From the NCBI GenBank assembly GCA_965247985.1, contig OZ252051.1:252240-316239 (forward strand): a stretch of 64,000 nt of DNA. The letters run 5' to 3'. Below the pieces are notes generated by a model that searched no databases, was not told the DNA's origin, and worked only from the letters and a program-made list of their open reading frames with translations. Every line of letters begins with the position of its first letter. The first letter of the stretch is position 1. Positions 63,326 to 64,000 of the stretch are shown piece after piece. The position numbers were made by a program, and so were the translations under genes. Source of the DNA: an uncultured Candidatus Binatia bacterium (lineage in GTDB: Bacteria > Desulfobacterota > Binatia > Bin18).

Positions 63326-64000
63326 TTAGGCGGAAAAGCTCTCGTTGAATTCTTTTAGCGCAGTGTCCATACGTCCGGTGAGATCATCATCAAGGGCACC
63401 CTTGGTGATGATCTCAGAGTAGATGTCAGGGTGAGAATTTTCGATGAAGCGGACGAGCTCCGACTCATATTGGGGGATCGAAGGCTCCGGGATTTCATCC
63501 AGATAGCCATTGGTGCCGGCGTAGATCATGACGACTTGGCGCTCGACCGAAAGTGGCTGATACTGCCCCTGCTTGAGGATCTCGACTAAGCGCGTGCCGC
63601 GTGCCAGCATCCGCTGCGTGGCCACATCCAAGTCAGACCCGAATTGTGCAAATGCTGCCATTTCGCGGTACTGCGCCAGGTCAAGTCGCAGAGACCCTGC
63701 GACTTGTTTCATGGCTTTAATCTGGGCGTTCCCACCCACCCGGGAGACCGAGATACCAACGTTCACGGCTGGTCGTACACCGGAGAAGAATAGATCAGAC
63801 TCTAAGAATATCTGCCCGTCAGTAATAGAAATAACATTGGTCGGAATATAAGCGGAGACGTCTCCGGATTGTGTTTCAATGACGGGGAGGGCGGTTAACG
63901 ATCCGCCCCCCTGGGCGTCGCTCATTTTTGCCGCGCGCTCTAACAACCGTGAATGGAGATAAAACACGTCACCCGGAAAGGCTTCACGGCCTGGCGGGCG
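63326..64000 (-). CDS. atpA: F1 ATP synthase subunit alpha, C-terminal part (5' end beyond window)
   Basis: The translation matches the alpha C-terminal domain. The gene continues past 64000. Confidence 0.9.
   Translation of the reverse strand, partial: RPPGREAFPGDVFYLHSRLLERAAKMSDAQGGGSLTALPVIETQSGDVSAYIPTNVISITDGQIFLESDLFFSGVRPAVNVGISVSRVGGNAQIKAMKQVAGSLRLDLAQYREMAAFAQFGSDLDVATQRMLARGTRLVEILKQGQYQPLSVERQVVMIYAGTNGYLDEIPEPSIPQYESELVRFIENSHPDIYSEIITKGALDDDLTGRMDTALKEFNESFSA

Overview
This 64-kb window is the chromosomal replication-origin neighbourhood (dnaA-dnaN-gyrB-gyrA) of a diderm bacterium of moderate GC (roughly 50-60%). I support about 65 protein-coding genes, one tRNA-Arg(CCU), several terminators and several families of repeats.

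Core genes recognised from their translations:
- MoxR ATPase with its VWA partner, and metH.
- A PAS histidine kinase with a sigma-54 NtrC-type regulator.
- An alkaline-phosphatase-family protein, a class II aldolase, two acyl-CoA dehydrogenases, thiolase, an OprO/P-type porin and an aminotransferase.
- Two amidohydrolase_2 proteins, a glcDEF-like oxidase module, two MaoC dehydratases, asd and an Nramp-like transporter.
- The F0 ATP-synthase cluster atpZ-I-B-E, hemL, radC, ssb, ggt, nth, ampG, an ABC ATPase and aroC.
- The F1 genes atpA(partial)-G-D-C.

Main points for a second look:
- The ORF translationally coupled to gyrA is an AhpE/BCP-type peroxiredoxin whose catalytic Cys codon is an in-frame TGA followed by a hairpin, so it is a candidate selenoprotein.
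- The dnaA-dnaN spacer holds 13 perfect DnaA boxes in an exact 11-bp tandem array, plus more boxes and an AT-rich unwinding element. A second box cluster and an AT tract lie upstream of dnaA.
- A roughly 3-kb GC-rich mosaic (about 17.95-20.95 kb) is made of truncated alphaproteobacteria-like genes (an efflux outer-membrane-protein N-terminus, a Rieske fragment, a TPR fragment, DUF2165 with a 140-bp tail duplication, and vapBC with an internal deletion). Four copies of a REP-like about 22-bp motif lie between these segments, as two inverted pairs.
- Two further families of palindromic intergenic repeats are present.
- The ribosome-binding site and start codon of the porin gene are triplicated as a 25-bp unit.
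- Several accessory genes (DUF4258 toxin-like, an AlbA_2/HATPase_c_4 Schlafen-like protein, orphan ureF, vapC) carry single-base frameshifts or a deletion, while the large core genes are intact.
- There is an orphan gspHIJK minor-pseudopilin operon.
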